DNA of 59,589 nt, filler included, from Pirum gemmata (lineage: Eukaryota), in the NCBI GenBank assembly GCA_002812295.1. It is 10 parts of 10 records of this genome, joined end to end, with 100 filler letters (N's around TTAATTAATTAA, not from the genome) between each part and the next. Parts side by side here need not be neighbours in the genome. Positions count along the whole stretch, not along the records: positions 37,889 to 43,261 come from PDIN01000585.1; positions 43,362 to 48,698 come from PDIN01000586.1; positions 48,799 to 54,158 come from PDIN01000587.1; 7 more parts are not named here. The stretch is one strand, 5' to 3'. Below are positions 38,403 to 49,559 of this stretch, one piece after another (the first letter of the stretch is position 1; the number at the start of each line of letters is the position of its first letter). The notes below the pieces were generated by a model. That model did no database searches, was not told the DNA's origin, and saw only the letters and a program-made list of their open reading frames with translations. Position numbers and translations under genes: made by a program.

Positions 38403-40382
38403 TTATACGAGGATAGGTTCAAATTGTAATGCTAATGGTGTACGTACAGGTGCTGCTATACCAAACAAGCGTACAACCCCATCACCAGCACAGAGGGTAG
38501 AAACCGTTTCTTCTTTGGATCCTATTGCACAAATTACAGCTTTATTCCAATTATCAGCCCCATATACACTACCACTCATATCAATATTAATGTCTGTTAA
38601 TTTTTGTATACCCGGAACTTGAAAAGGTTTGCCGATAAATGCTCCTGTTCTTTTTCTTCCCATTGGACAATGTTGTACATTAGTTCCGCATACATGGTGG
38701 ATCGATGAACCACTAAAATCCGCAACCCAAACCATATCGTTTCCATCTACAGCAATTCCCCAAGGACCATTCATATATTTTAAATCGTGAAATTGATCGA
38801 TTAAAGTACCGTTTGGTGCATATAAAAATATTCCCCGGCCACCCCAAGATGCAACCCAGGCATGACCTGTAGAGTCAATGGCAATACCCCTACTATTGGC
38901 ACCGAGTTTATCCATAGTGAAATTTTCGTAGTTAGAGGTATTCACTTTAGTAACAAATGAACCCTGTTTTTCAGAATTTCTGAAAGTATAAGAAAATGTA
39001 CCATTAAGACTGCTAATCCATAAACTTCCCTCTTTGTCAATTGCTAAGCCAAATGGATGTTCCACAATACATTCATTACCTACTCTTGAAGTTTCATTTC
39101 TGCAAACAATTTCTGCCTTGTTACCATCCCCATTAGGAATAAAAACAATTTGAGAATTGGTAGTGTCTGCTACCCATAAGTTGCCTTTAGCATCAGAGAC
39201 AATAGATTGTAAACTTCCCAAAGTACCATTCATATTATAACCAGTTTTTTCAGGAGAAAGTGCCTTTCCGTCTTTAGACAAATGAGATATAGATTTTCCA
39301 CCCCAGTTAGAAATCCAAACGCTATCATCAGGTGCTACAGCAATACCAAAACCAGCAGCATCAATTCCACCACCAACAAAACCTGCGACTTCTGGCGATA
39401 AGGCTTTACCAGAAGCATCAAGTTTACTTGCTCCGTGCGATGGCACCGCATTAAAAAGAGTGGATTGGGAACCAAGAAGAAAGTTGTTGTTTGACCATAG
39501 GTTACCATGTCTGTCAAAATCAATTCCACCTGGACTGTTTATTCCTCCACCAGTGTATTTAATACCAATCGACCATTCTTGGGGTGCATAAAAGCGCATA
39601 CGTGGTTGATAATATGATTGCAATTTTTTAACAATAAATTCTTCTAGTTCGTATAATAATATAACGTGTCTCCAAGGATTTCTAGCGATATGACTTAGAG
39701 AATCAACCACACTTCTACCATCGACAGCCAGTTCAAATAATATATTACAAGCGTTAATAATATTCATTTTATAACCATCTCCTGGTAAGAATTTTACTCC
39801 TGAAACACAACCTGAAACTACATTAGCTAATGAATTGAACCTAGCTAAATTGGTAGTCATTCGGCCATTTTCGTAGCGTGAAAGAACATAACCGGTATAA
39901 CCTGTACTTATATTAACTAGATTTTCTACACCACTTACGGCTACTTTGACAAAAAGTGGTATACCTTGGTAGTGTTGTTTTTTTACATTCCAAAATTGGG
40001 CTAATGCAGAAGTAGTGGCGACTGTTGTCAGTTCATTGATGGTAATATGTTTAACTGAAGGGGAATGGGTCCATGCGGTTATTAAATTTGCCCCATTGGG
40101 TACTGGATGGGTTTTATTCAAAAAGCCAGAGCCTTTTTCTGTAATAGCGTACATAGTATCGTTTTCGGCAATTTCGAATTCGTTCACTTTGGCAGTAAAG
40201 TGGCCAAAAAGGTCAGTTTTGGCGTGGCCAACACGAATAGCATTGTTAAATTTGACAACGTATACATTAACATACGCTTCTTTTACAGTTTTATCATAAG
40301 TTTTTACCAAGCCGTTAAGTTGAAAGGCGCTAACTACACTGGCAATAATTGACAACGTGGCTAAATTAATAATCATTTTCAT
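38403..40382 (-). CDS. Secreted NHL-repeat / Vgb-like beta-propeller protein of bacterial type (659 aa)
   Basis: Signal peptide (MKMIINLATLSIIASVVSA); INELTTVA..ALAQF N-domain; ~7 repeats of P.GIA(V/I)D..G.(L/V)W; C-terminal GIAAPVRTPL; intronless. Confidence 0.88.
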   Translation of the reverse strand: MKMIINLATLSIIASVVSAFQLNGLVKTYDKTVKEAYVNVYVVKFNNAIRVGHAKTDLFGHFTAKVNEFEIAENDTMYAITEKGSGFLNKTHPVPNGANLITAWTHSPSVKHITINELTTVATTSALAQFWNVKKQHYQGIPLFVKVAVSGVENLVNISTGYTGYVLSRYENGRMTTNLARFNSLANVVSGCVSGVKFLPGDGYKMNIINACNILFELAVDGRSVVDSLSHIARNPWRHVILLYELEEFIVKKLQSYYQPRMRFYAPQEWSIGIKYTGGGINSPGGIDFDRHGNLWSNNNFLLGSQSTLFNAVPSHGASKLDASGKALSPEVAGFVGGGIDAAGFGIAVAPDDSVWISNWGGKSISHLSKDGKALSPEKTGYNMNGTLGSLQSIVSDAKGNLWVADTTNSQIVFIPNGDGNKAEIVCRNETSRVGNECIVEHPFGLAIDKEGSLWISSLNGTFSYTFRNSEKQGSFVTKVNTSNYENFTMDKLGANSRGIAIDSTGHAWVASWGGRGIFLYAPNGTLIDQFHDLKYMNGPWGIAVDGNDMVWVADFSGSSIHHVCGTNVQHCPMGRKRTGAFIGKPFQVPGIQKLTDINIDMSGSVYGADNWNKAVICAIGSKEETVSTLCAGDGVVRLFGIAAPVRTPLALQFEPILV

Positions 40383-40611
40383 GTTTTCTTTTTATTGAAT
40401 TGATCAGAGTTTTTTTGTTTTTTTTTTCGTTTTGAATATTTTTTATTTTTTTTCTTTGTCGTTGTTATTATTTTTTTTTAAAAAAAAAGAATTAAAATAA
40501 CATTTATACTGTTTTTACGATTTGTCTTTTTCTTGGTCTATCTATATACAAGAAAAAAAAAAAAATTAATAAAAAAAATCACTGACGTTCTTTTCAAATT
40601 TTCTTTATATT

Positions 40612-40804
40612 ATCGTCTATTTCATTACAGTTGTCATCTCAATCTTTAATTTGATATTATTTTTAAAAGTGTATAATTGAACTTATTTATAATATAATAT
40701 AAAATACCAAATTAATTAAAACATGCCTGATATTTTAACCATAATAATAATTTGGTACGTTTATTTCAGTTTTTGAACTGGACAACGTTATTGAAAAACA
40801 CGAT
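40612..40804. mobile_element. MITE family C (~193 bp; TIR ATCGTSTWTTTCAWTASWGTTGTCC)
   Basis: Both ends present. Copies at ~9530-9712, 11240-11395, 12420-12552, 20860-21045, 27113-27281, 35657-35856, 36389-36582, 37678-37762, 42640-42882 and 44102-44288. Confidence 0.85.
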
Positions 40805-41071
40805 AGACCTGGTCTAGCTAGTCTAATAATATGATAGAATAAACAGGTCTAATAATAGTCTAGCTAGCTAGTAGCTACTAGAAAGAATATAATTATAGTG
40901 AAAACAGTGAAAATTGAGTACTAAAAATTGTACTAAGTTTTTTTTTAAATCAGACGGGGCTATGTTATCTATGTAATCCACAGTTCACTTCTTTTTTATT
41001 ATGATAGTCTAACTTATAAAAAAAAGGACTTCATATTTGTAACCGCTGTACAGGATAGATTAAAACGAGAT

Positions 41072-41131
41072 GAGGTTTGGTTCTGGGGTTTGGTTCTGAG
41101 GTTTGGTTCTGAGGTTTGGTTCTGAGGTTTG
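41072..41131. repeat. 13-bp tandem repeat (GAGGTTTGGTTCT) x4
   Basis: Direct reading. Confidence 0.85.
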
Positions 41132-43584
41132 TTTTTACAGAGTTAGTGGTTCACTATCATTTTTTTTTTTTTTTAAACAGCCAAGCCGGATATTTATTTA
41201 AAACTGTGGAAATTATTTTTTTTTTTTTTTTTTTTTCGAATCCTCCATTCCTATGATAATAAAATAGTTATTCTTAGTTCGAATTTCGAATCTTTCAAAT
41301 TCGTATTTTGATTTTTTCGACAAAAAAAAAAACTCAATATTATTTACAGTACTTACAATAAAATGTATGACTTTATTATAATATTATTATGTTACAATTA
41401 TTATGATAGTTTTTTTTTCATTTTTTTTATAATAATATTCTAGTAAAGTAAATATTGTTTTATTATATCGTAATGATGTTTTATTCAATAGACTACTCGC
41501 CAACCAAGCCCAATGCCAAGAAGATTGATAGCCTGCGGTACGCACGGTGTGGTTTCTGTTCGTGAACTGCTTCAGTGTTGCGTCAGTGTTCCTTCACAGC
41601 TTTGAACAAAGTGCAAAACACACATTTTCACTAGACAATTTCACTCCTTTTCACGCCAAGCATTATCGACCTTGGTATAATTTTCTAAATTCTATAATCC
41701 GAACCCACAAAATTCTATCATTTACATATTTAGTAGTGTTTAGACTATTTTTAGTAATTTTATTCAAAAAACTCCTAAAGGTAGTAGTAGCTTTGTTAGC
41801 ACCGTAGCAGTCCTTGGTGTATTATTTAATATCCATTGATAGGTTTACTTGTTTTATCAGTGTTTTATCCCACAACCCATCTAGCTAGAGCTAGTCGAGC
41901 TAGCCCACTGCCCGCAAACTAGATCCAGCTGTATGTATATACATTTAGTCTGTCTACTGTGGTACATTTATCGATAGTAGTAGTCTAGTTAGTAGCTACG
42001 GGAGCGTTTAAATAATACGTCACGTCAAGGGGTAGGTAGGTAGGCGGTATTTGACCAGAAATTAACGTCAAATGGTAGGTAGGTAGGGGTGTTTGAAGCT
42101 GTATTTGACCAGAAATTGGCGTTACGTAGTATGGTTACTAGCTCCCTATATAGACTGGTAGGCTCTACCTAGCTAGCTAGAGTTGGTAGGCTCTACAGTC
42201 TAGCTCCTATAGTCTAGTAGTATAGTTTCTAGTATGGTAGTTTTCAGGAGGTATTCAGGTATGATACTATTCAGAATCTCAGATATAGTATTCTGTTCAG
42301 GTATTCTGTTACTTTCTGTATACCCTAGCTGGCTAGAATTTTACAAGTGGTACAATAAATGTTGCCTTATTTAGACTTTCATTAAATATTTACCATATTT
42401 GGTGTTTTAGGTTCTGTTGTGCTATTAATAGATGAAAATTCGGAGGTGTGACGGAAAGTTTTTGATAATCTGGATCATCTGGTTGGTCATATAGTCCTCA
42501 TCTATGATATATATACCCCATATACTAGTAGTGGCTAGCTAGTGAGTTGTAGCTAGCTAGTGAGTTGTAGCTAGCTAGCTAGTGAGTAGTAGCTAGCAGT
42601 TAGCTAGTTAGCTAGAGCCAGACAAGCTATCTGATAGTATCGTCGATTTCATCTTTAATTTGCTACTGTTTTTTTTAATTTATTTATTTATTTATTTATT
42701 TAAATAAATAAATAAATAAATATTAATTAAAAGTGTATGGTATGATTGAACTTGTTTATAAAATAAAACATTAATTATAAAATAGCAAATTATTAAAACA
42801 TTTCTGATAGTTTAACCATAATAATAATTTTGGTACTTTTATTTCAGTTTTTGAACTACACAACACTATTGAAAAGCACTATCATAGTCGACTCCAGTAC
42901 TACTAGCTAGAACTCTAGTAGGACTCCAGTAAGACTACTTACTATCGATACTTCTAAAGTGGTGGGGCCTCCTCCTACTAGCTAGCTAGCTATGATAGCT
43001 AGCCTCCTCCTACAAAGATATAGTTAGAGCTAGACTAGTTAGAGGTATCCAGTCAGATAGGTATCCCAATAATCCCATCGCAGTTTTTTTTTTTTTTTTT
43101 TTTGATATCATATGATATGAAAAGATAAAGTCAAAAGGAACCAGTTTGAAAAAAGAAATATAATGATACATATTATGTAATAAATAAATAACATATTACA
43201 CTGTAATCCTTTTTTTTTTTGAAAAAAAAACTTCTCCAAAAAATTATAAGCCATGAATTCGNNNNNNNNNNNNNNNNNNNNNNNNNNNNNNNNNNNNNNN
43301 NNNNNTTAATTAATTAANNNNNNNNNNNNNNNNNNNNNNNNNNNNNNNNNNNNNNNNNNNNATAATAATAATAATAAACGAAATTAACTAAAACAATAAT
43401 AGAATAACTTAAAATTATATTATATTATATTTAATAAAATATAATTCCTTTCTTTAGTTTTACTTTATCACTATCTTGCTAATAATATTAGATAGCTGGC
43501 AAAGAGTATGATAATATGTTTATTTATAAAAATAAAAAAATGATTGAATCATTTCGTTCAGAGTCCAGACTAGTCTATCTGATT

Positions 43585-43751
43585 TGGTGTAAACGATTTA
43601 AAAGCGTCCAACTTTTGGGTCTCACTAGAATTTTCAGCGTTCAAACATAATAGATATTTAATAGGTTTGAAATATTCAAACATGAACAAAAAATCCGATG
43701 GACTTTATAATTAATAAAAAAAAGTAGGATGTTTTTAAATTGTTTACACCA
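43585..43751. mobile_element. MITE family F (167 bp; 25-bp TIR TGGTGTAAACRATTTAAAARCRTCC)
   Basis: TIRs read at both ends; diverged reversed copy at ~31219-31383. Confidence 0.75.
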
Positions 43752-44391
43752 TAGTCCTACGATAGCTAGCTAGCTAGAGGACAAAACTCCTCCCACAAAA
43801 CTCAGTCAAAACTCTCTGTTGAAAAACTTTCAAAACAAAACTAGCTAGCTAGTACACAAAACTCTCCAGACTCTGGAACAAACTCACTCCACAACAAACT
43901 CTGGACAACAACAACAACAAAAACAACGATAACGATAACGACGACAAAAGATATTATTATTATTACTATTAGCCTATTGAAATTTTATAAAATTAAAATA
44001 GATCTTTTATTGGTTTGTTAAATTCTGAAATATAAGTTCCCTAAAGTTTTCCCTAACTAGATAAATTAAATTTTATAATATTATGATATCAATATATCGA
44101 TTTCGTCTATACATTATTACAGTTGTCCTCAATTCCTCAATCTTTCCTGTTTGTTTTATGAAATACCGGTACAACATTAATTATAAAATACCAAATTAAG
44201 TAAAACATGCCCGATAGTTTAACCATAATAAAAATTTGGTACGTTTATTTCAGTTTTTGAACTGGACAACACTACTGAAAAACACGATACATAGACCGGG
44301 GTCTACTATATTATGTAAACACTTATTATGTATTTGCATCGATAGTTATTGTAGCCTAGCTAGCTAGTAGTAGTACCGGTAGTTGTCTGTA

Positions 44392-44512
44392 ATTATGAGA
44401 AGTACAACAAGTATTGATACAACAAATTAAAAAACCGAACGACAATCAAATCGTTAAAACTTATACAAAAGTACTATGAAACAAATCAACAAAGTACAAC
44501 TATAACTCATTA
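44392..44512 (+). mobile_element. 3'-end fragment of the same LINE
   Basis: GACAATCAAATCGTTAAAACTTATACAAAAGTACTATGAAACAAATCAACAAA matches ~47549-47603. Confidence 0.65.
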
Positions 44513-44574
44513 CCCCTTCTTTTCTGGAAAAAGTTTTCGAAAAAAATTCTCTTCATTATCATAGTATGATAGTA

Positions 44575-44840
44575 GATAGTAGATACAGACATAATATTAT
44601 ACAGACTCTAGCTAGCTAGTAGCTAGCTAGTAAATTACTGTAACTTTCGAGAAAAAAAAAGGGGGGAATGGGAACTGGGGGGTCTGTGAAGACTAGTAGC
44701 TAGCTAGCTAGCTAGAGTAGTAGATAGATACAGACATATATACATATATACAGACTCTAGCTAGCTAGTAGATTACTGTAGCTTTCGAGAAAAAAAAGGG
44801 GGGGAATGGGAACTGGGGGGTCTGTCACCGTCTGTGAAGA
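44575..44840. repeat. Local tandem duplication (~140 bp) containing A-run GGGGGGAATGGGAACTGGGGGG
   Basis: Two consecutive copies differing mainly in CTAG-run length. Confidence 0.8.
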
Positions 44841-45110
44841 CTCTATGTACTCTCTGTGTGCTGTCAATAATATCATATTTTAAAATAATTTAATAGTAGC
44901 TAGCTACAGTAGCTAGCTAGCTAGCTGGTAAGTAGTAAGTACTATGAAGGATATGATACTACTAACTAAGTCTAACTTGTCTGGTCATTAATGTAGACCC
45001 TTTATGTAGACCAGTAGACAACCTACTACTACTAGTCATCGTAGGATTCGTAGCTATCATAGCTTCAAATTTTATTATTTTTCTTAATTAAATATAGGTA
45101 GTATTATCAT

Positions 45111-45297
45111 ATCGTGCTTTTCAGTTGTTTTGTCATCATAAAATATACAATAATGAGTACCAAATTAATACAATATAAATCCATCTCATTTAATTTGGTA
45201 TATTTTATTATCCATTTATTCATTTAATAATGTCAATTAAAAAATTATAACCAACCAAATAAATATTCGGAGTGACAAAATAAATGAAAAGCACAAT
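45111..45297. mobile_element. MITE family B (~187 bp; TIR ATYGTGCTTTTCAKTTRTTTTGTCA)
   Basis: Both ends present. Copies at ~6110-6229, 8603-8800, 9990-10160, 10733-10841, 19752-19940, 21257-21400, 23951-24131, 36270-36310 and 37480-37673. Confidence 0.85.
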
Positions 45298-45434
45298 ATN
45301 NNNNNNNNNNNNNNNNNNNNNNNNNNNNNNNNNNNNNNNNNNNNNNNNNNNNNNNNNNNNNNNNNNNNNNNNNNNNNNNNNNNNNNNNNNNNNNNNNNAA
45401 TGAACAAAAAAAAAAAAAAAAAACAAGCAAGCAG

Positions 45435-47613
45435 ATCGCATTCAACACTAATGAACACCGAGTACAAAAAATTATAGCAGCAACAAAACTAGCAACAAGT
45501 TGCCAACAATAGTTACAATAATATTATGTCAATAGCAGATAAATTACACAAAATAATGCCCCACATCATAGGCGAAGGCCAAAAACGGTGAGTAGCAGGA
45601 AGAAACAAATGAAACAGTATTTTAATATCCTTTATTGAAAAACGACTTTTTTATGAAGAGATAAACAATCCCAAAACCATACTATTAAATACTGACATAG
45701 AAAAAGCTTTCAATAGAGCAAGATGGTCTTTATTGTCTTTATTATATAACATTCTAGATTCTTTTGGATTCCCAAAAGAATTTACAATAATAATCTAAAA
45801 CTTATATGAAACCCCCATAGTACATATCAAAATCAATGGTTTCTACTCAACACCAATAGTTACAACAAGAAGTATAAGACAGGCCTAGCTAGGGTTGCCC
45901 GATGTCAGCATATCTTTGTTTCATCTATACAGAACTTTTAAGAGTTATAATCCACCTCATTACAAAAACATATCCTCCTGCATACGCAAATATCTTAACA
46001 TCTTCAATAAAAATGAATTAATCACTCTATTGGTAATCAATACAATGACAAGTTTTTGTAAAAATATTAGTGGTTACAAATTAAACAAGGATAAAACAAA
46101 AACGATGTACTTTCAAAAATTGCCAACCTTATTAGAATAAAACGACATTCTACTGAATAATCAAAAAATATATAAGCTAGAAACAATGAAAAACTTAGGG
46201 GAGTTTATAGGAAACTCCCAGGCAAAGTCAAAAAGAAAACTGCAACTAACTAGAAAGAAAAAAAATTAATATTAATATGATAGAAACAACCAAAAAGTCG
46301 AAAGCCCTACCCGTATTAGAAAGAATGAATTTAGCCAACACCTAATTAATGCTAGCAAAATCTCAATATCCCATGGCCAACACCTTTATATACCAGATAA
46401 GCTACTTCTACTTCTACAACAAAAAATCACAACTTTTTTACCAACAACCAATTCTCACAAAACAAATATCAAAATACCCAAAAACAAAGGAGGCATCAAC
46501 ATGATCAATCTCCTAACAAGGAGAAACACCAACCTTATTAAAAAATTTCAACATATTTTCTCATACAATACAAATAACAATCACAACAAATCATGCTGGT
46601 CACATTGCTTTCTCAATAACTACCACTCATTCACCAATCAATCACACCATAACTATAATCAAAATCTCACTTTACACAACATTATTAAAACAACATAAAC
46701 ACAAACAATAATAAGTTTTTACCAACATGGATAATTCACACAATCGAAACCCTACAAAACATGATTATAATACAAAACATCACAGAGCAGCAATTATTAA
46801 AACTAGCATACACCTATCAACACAACACCAACAACAAGTTTTATTACGAATTTTATGATAAAAAACAAAATATCTTCATTAATTAACCCAATAATACAAC
46901 AGCAATATAAAAAATTATGTAAAAAAGAAACAACAAAAATATTAATAGAAATATGCTCCAAGTCCAAACCAAATATTATACCTCCAAATAGTTGGAATCT
47001 ACAATTAACCATGACAAACAGTAGTATAAAACAAGTAGAAGAAAATCTCAAAACAAAAACCTTCAATGATAACAACCTAAACAACTTGTGCAATATAGAA
47101 CGAAATGAATGGGAAAATATAATTAAAATAAATAGAAGAATCAATACAAAAGAATACCGAAAATGCTAAAAATTCACATATGGATACTAACCCAAAGAAA
47201 ACCAACAAGACAGTGGACGTCGAAAACCCAACCTTTTCAATGTCAATATTGTTCCAAAGAATTTCCACCAGAAGTCAAACTACACATTTTTGAACATAGA
47301 CAAAACTGTAACACTATGATAGATTAGAATGGATAACATATTAATACATCAAAAAAATATTACATATTAACCCAAATATAGATGATAACTCCAACAATAT
47401 TCACAACAACGACTACAGCGCTATAATTCTAGGAACAAAGTTCAAAACAAATATTTCTACAACAAAAGAACAATACAATTACTCATCATAGACTATATTA
47501 TTATATACTATGGTCTTATTATGAAAAATACAACAAATCACAACCAGCTGACAACCAAATCATTAAAACTTATACCAAATTATAATGAAACAAATCAACA
47601 AACCACAACTTGA

Positions 47614-47652
<39 letters not shown>
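45435..47652 (+). mobile_element. Decayed non-LTR retrotransposon (L1/Tx1-like ORF2 RT pseudogene)
   Basis: Frameshifted RT motifs in order: LMNTEYK..IA, MPHIIGEGQ, TDIEKAFNRARW, LDSFGFP..LYETP..IKINGFYS..IRQ/GCPMS, AYAN (degenerate YADD), ISGYKLNKDKT, MKNLG, PKNKGGINMINL, C-terminal CQYC; followed by (ATT)n. Confidence 0.9.
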
Positions 47653-47771
47653 CAATAGCACTGTTTTCTTTTATCGTTTTGAGTGCGGTTTCCTAATTTT
47701 TCATTTTTGTTAAATTCTATTTAATGACAGGCTTGTACCCCTTGCGTTCTAAATTTCCGACTGCTCGTGTA

Positions 47772-47806
<35 letters not shown>

Positions 47807-48798
47807 ATAAAGGAAAAGGAACTTTTCTCAAAGACTCCATGAAAAAACAAACGAATTTGTTTTTTATATAATATTATGATATGATAAAAAAAAAAAAAAA
47901 AATAGACTAGCTGTGTTACCAACTTACCCCTATAGCTCTAGCTAGCTAGCTAGGAGCTAGCTAGTAGTCTTTAGAGGAAAGGTTCAAGAACCGGAAAGGC
48001 TCTTGATATTATATCATACTACAAATAAAAGTAAATAAATTATGAATCATTACTATCGATATCATATTATATATTATAATTTATAACAGCACATAGGCTA
48101 CTACTAGTACATTTATAATGACATTTATAAATCTAACTGTTTTCAGCCAAATTATTTCAACTGATTTTTTTCTACATGACATTGAACATTCAAATTTCAA
48201 TCAGTTTCCTTCTGCAATTCATCATTGCTCGAAAGTGTGACTTAAACTGTTTTAGGTAAAAATTATGACCAAAAGTGTTTTGGACAAAGAGGCATAGGTA
48301 AGATTAGGTGACGTCCTTTATGGACTCCAAACCCATCCGAAGGTATAGTACTCCAAAGTCGAGTCCAAAGGTCTACCATTTTTTTTACTCTGGTGGTACA
48401 GCTGGTACGAATAGCTGGTAGTAGTACTCTGGTGGCCAAGTCTTGTAGTCTATGATCTGAGGTGAGTCTATGATATCATATCAGTCATATCATACGTGGG
48501 ATTCATACCATTCAGGTTCTATCGATAGCTCTAGCTAGAGTAGTTTAGCTAGCTAGTAGACCCCCCTAAGAGTAGACCCAAGCATTACCCAAGCCTTCTA
48601 TTAGCCTTCTAAAAGGAGGGATGAGATGACGTCATCTTACCAATTGGATGCTCGGACCGGCGAACTTCCAGAAAATTGCCTAAAGTTACTATAAATAGNN
48701 NNNNNNNNNNNNNNNNNNNNNNNNNNNNNNNNNNNNNNNNNNTTAATTAATTAANNNNNNNNNNNNNNNNNNNNNNNNNNNNNNNNNNNNNNNNNNNN

Positions 48799-49320
48799 AA
48801 TGGGTATTTTAAAATTTTTAAAAGAAAAACTGGTTTTCAAAATAGTGATTGCAAAAAATGAATACCATTTCATATATATCAAATATGTAGTTTACTTAGT
48901 ACAGTTTTTTTAGTTATTTCAAATTCGTGTCGGGTGGTACCGAAAAAGGACATTTTTGGATTTTTTACTAATTAAAATAGGAATTTTAAAATTTTTAAAA
49001 GAAAAACTGGTTTTTAAAATAGTGATTGCAAAAAATGAATACCATTTCATATATATCAAATATATGGTTTACTTAGTACAGTTTTTTTCTTTTTTTTAAA
49101 TTCGTGTCGGGTGATACCAAAAAAGGACATTTTTTGATTTTTTACTAATTAAAATAGGAATTTTAAAATTTTTAAAAGAAAAACTGGTTTTTAAAATAGT
49201 GATTGCAAAAAATGAGTACCATTTCATATATATAAAATATACACTTTACCTAGTACAGTTTTTATCGTTTTTCCAAATTCGTGTCGGGTGGTACCAAAAA
49301 AGGATATTTTAAAATTTTTT
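48799..49320. repeat. 177-bp tandem repeat, ~3 copies (truncated by gap), plus partial unit near 49410-49455
   Basis: GAAAAACTGG recurs at 48824, 49001 and 49178; AAATTCGTGTCGGGTG(G/A)TACC is conserved in each unit. Confidence 0.92.
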
Positions 49321-49559
49321 GAATTTTAAACCGCATAATGTAAAAAATGTAAAGTAATAGTAAAAAGAATTTTTTGATTTACAAAAAAAAAAAAAATTAT
49401 AAGTAAAATTTTATTAAAAATGATTGCAAAAAATGAATATCATTTTATATATGAATTTTTTTATTTAAATATTTTTTTTAAACTGTATTATGTAAAGTAA
49501 TAATAATAATTGATTATTGTTTATTAAATTTTTTTATTATTGACCAAAATATGGACGTT

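Noticed and set aside
45435..47652. Fungal-style RIP as sole cause of the TAG/CTA excess
   Set aside because: The multicopy LINE retains abundant CpA, which is not expected after strong RIP.
48799..49320. CRISPR-like array
   Set aside because: The units are contiguous 177-bp near-identical repeats with no unique spacers, no cas genes and a eukaryotic context.
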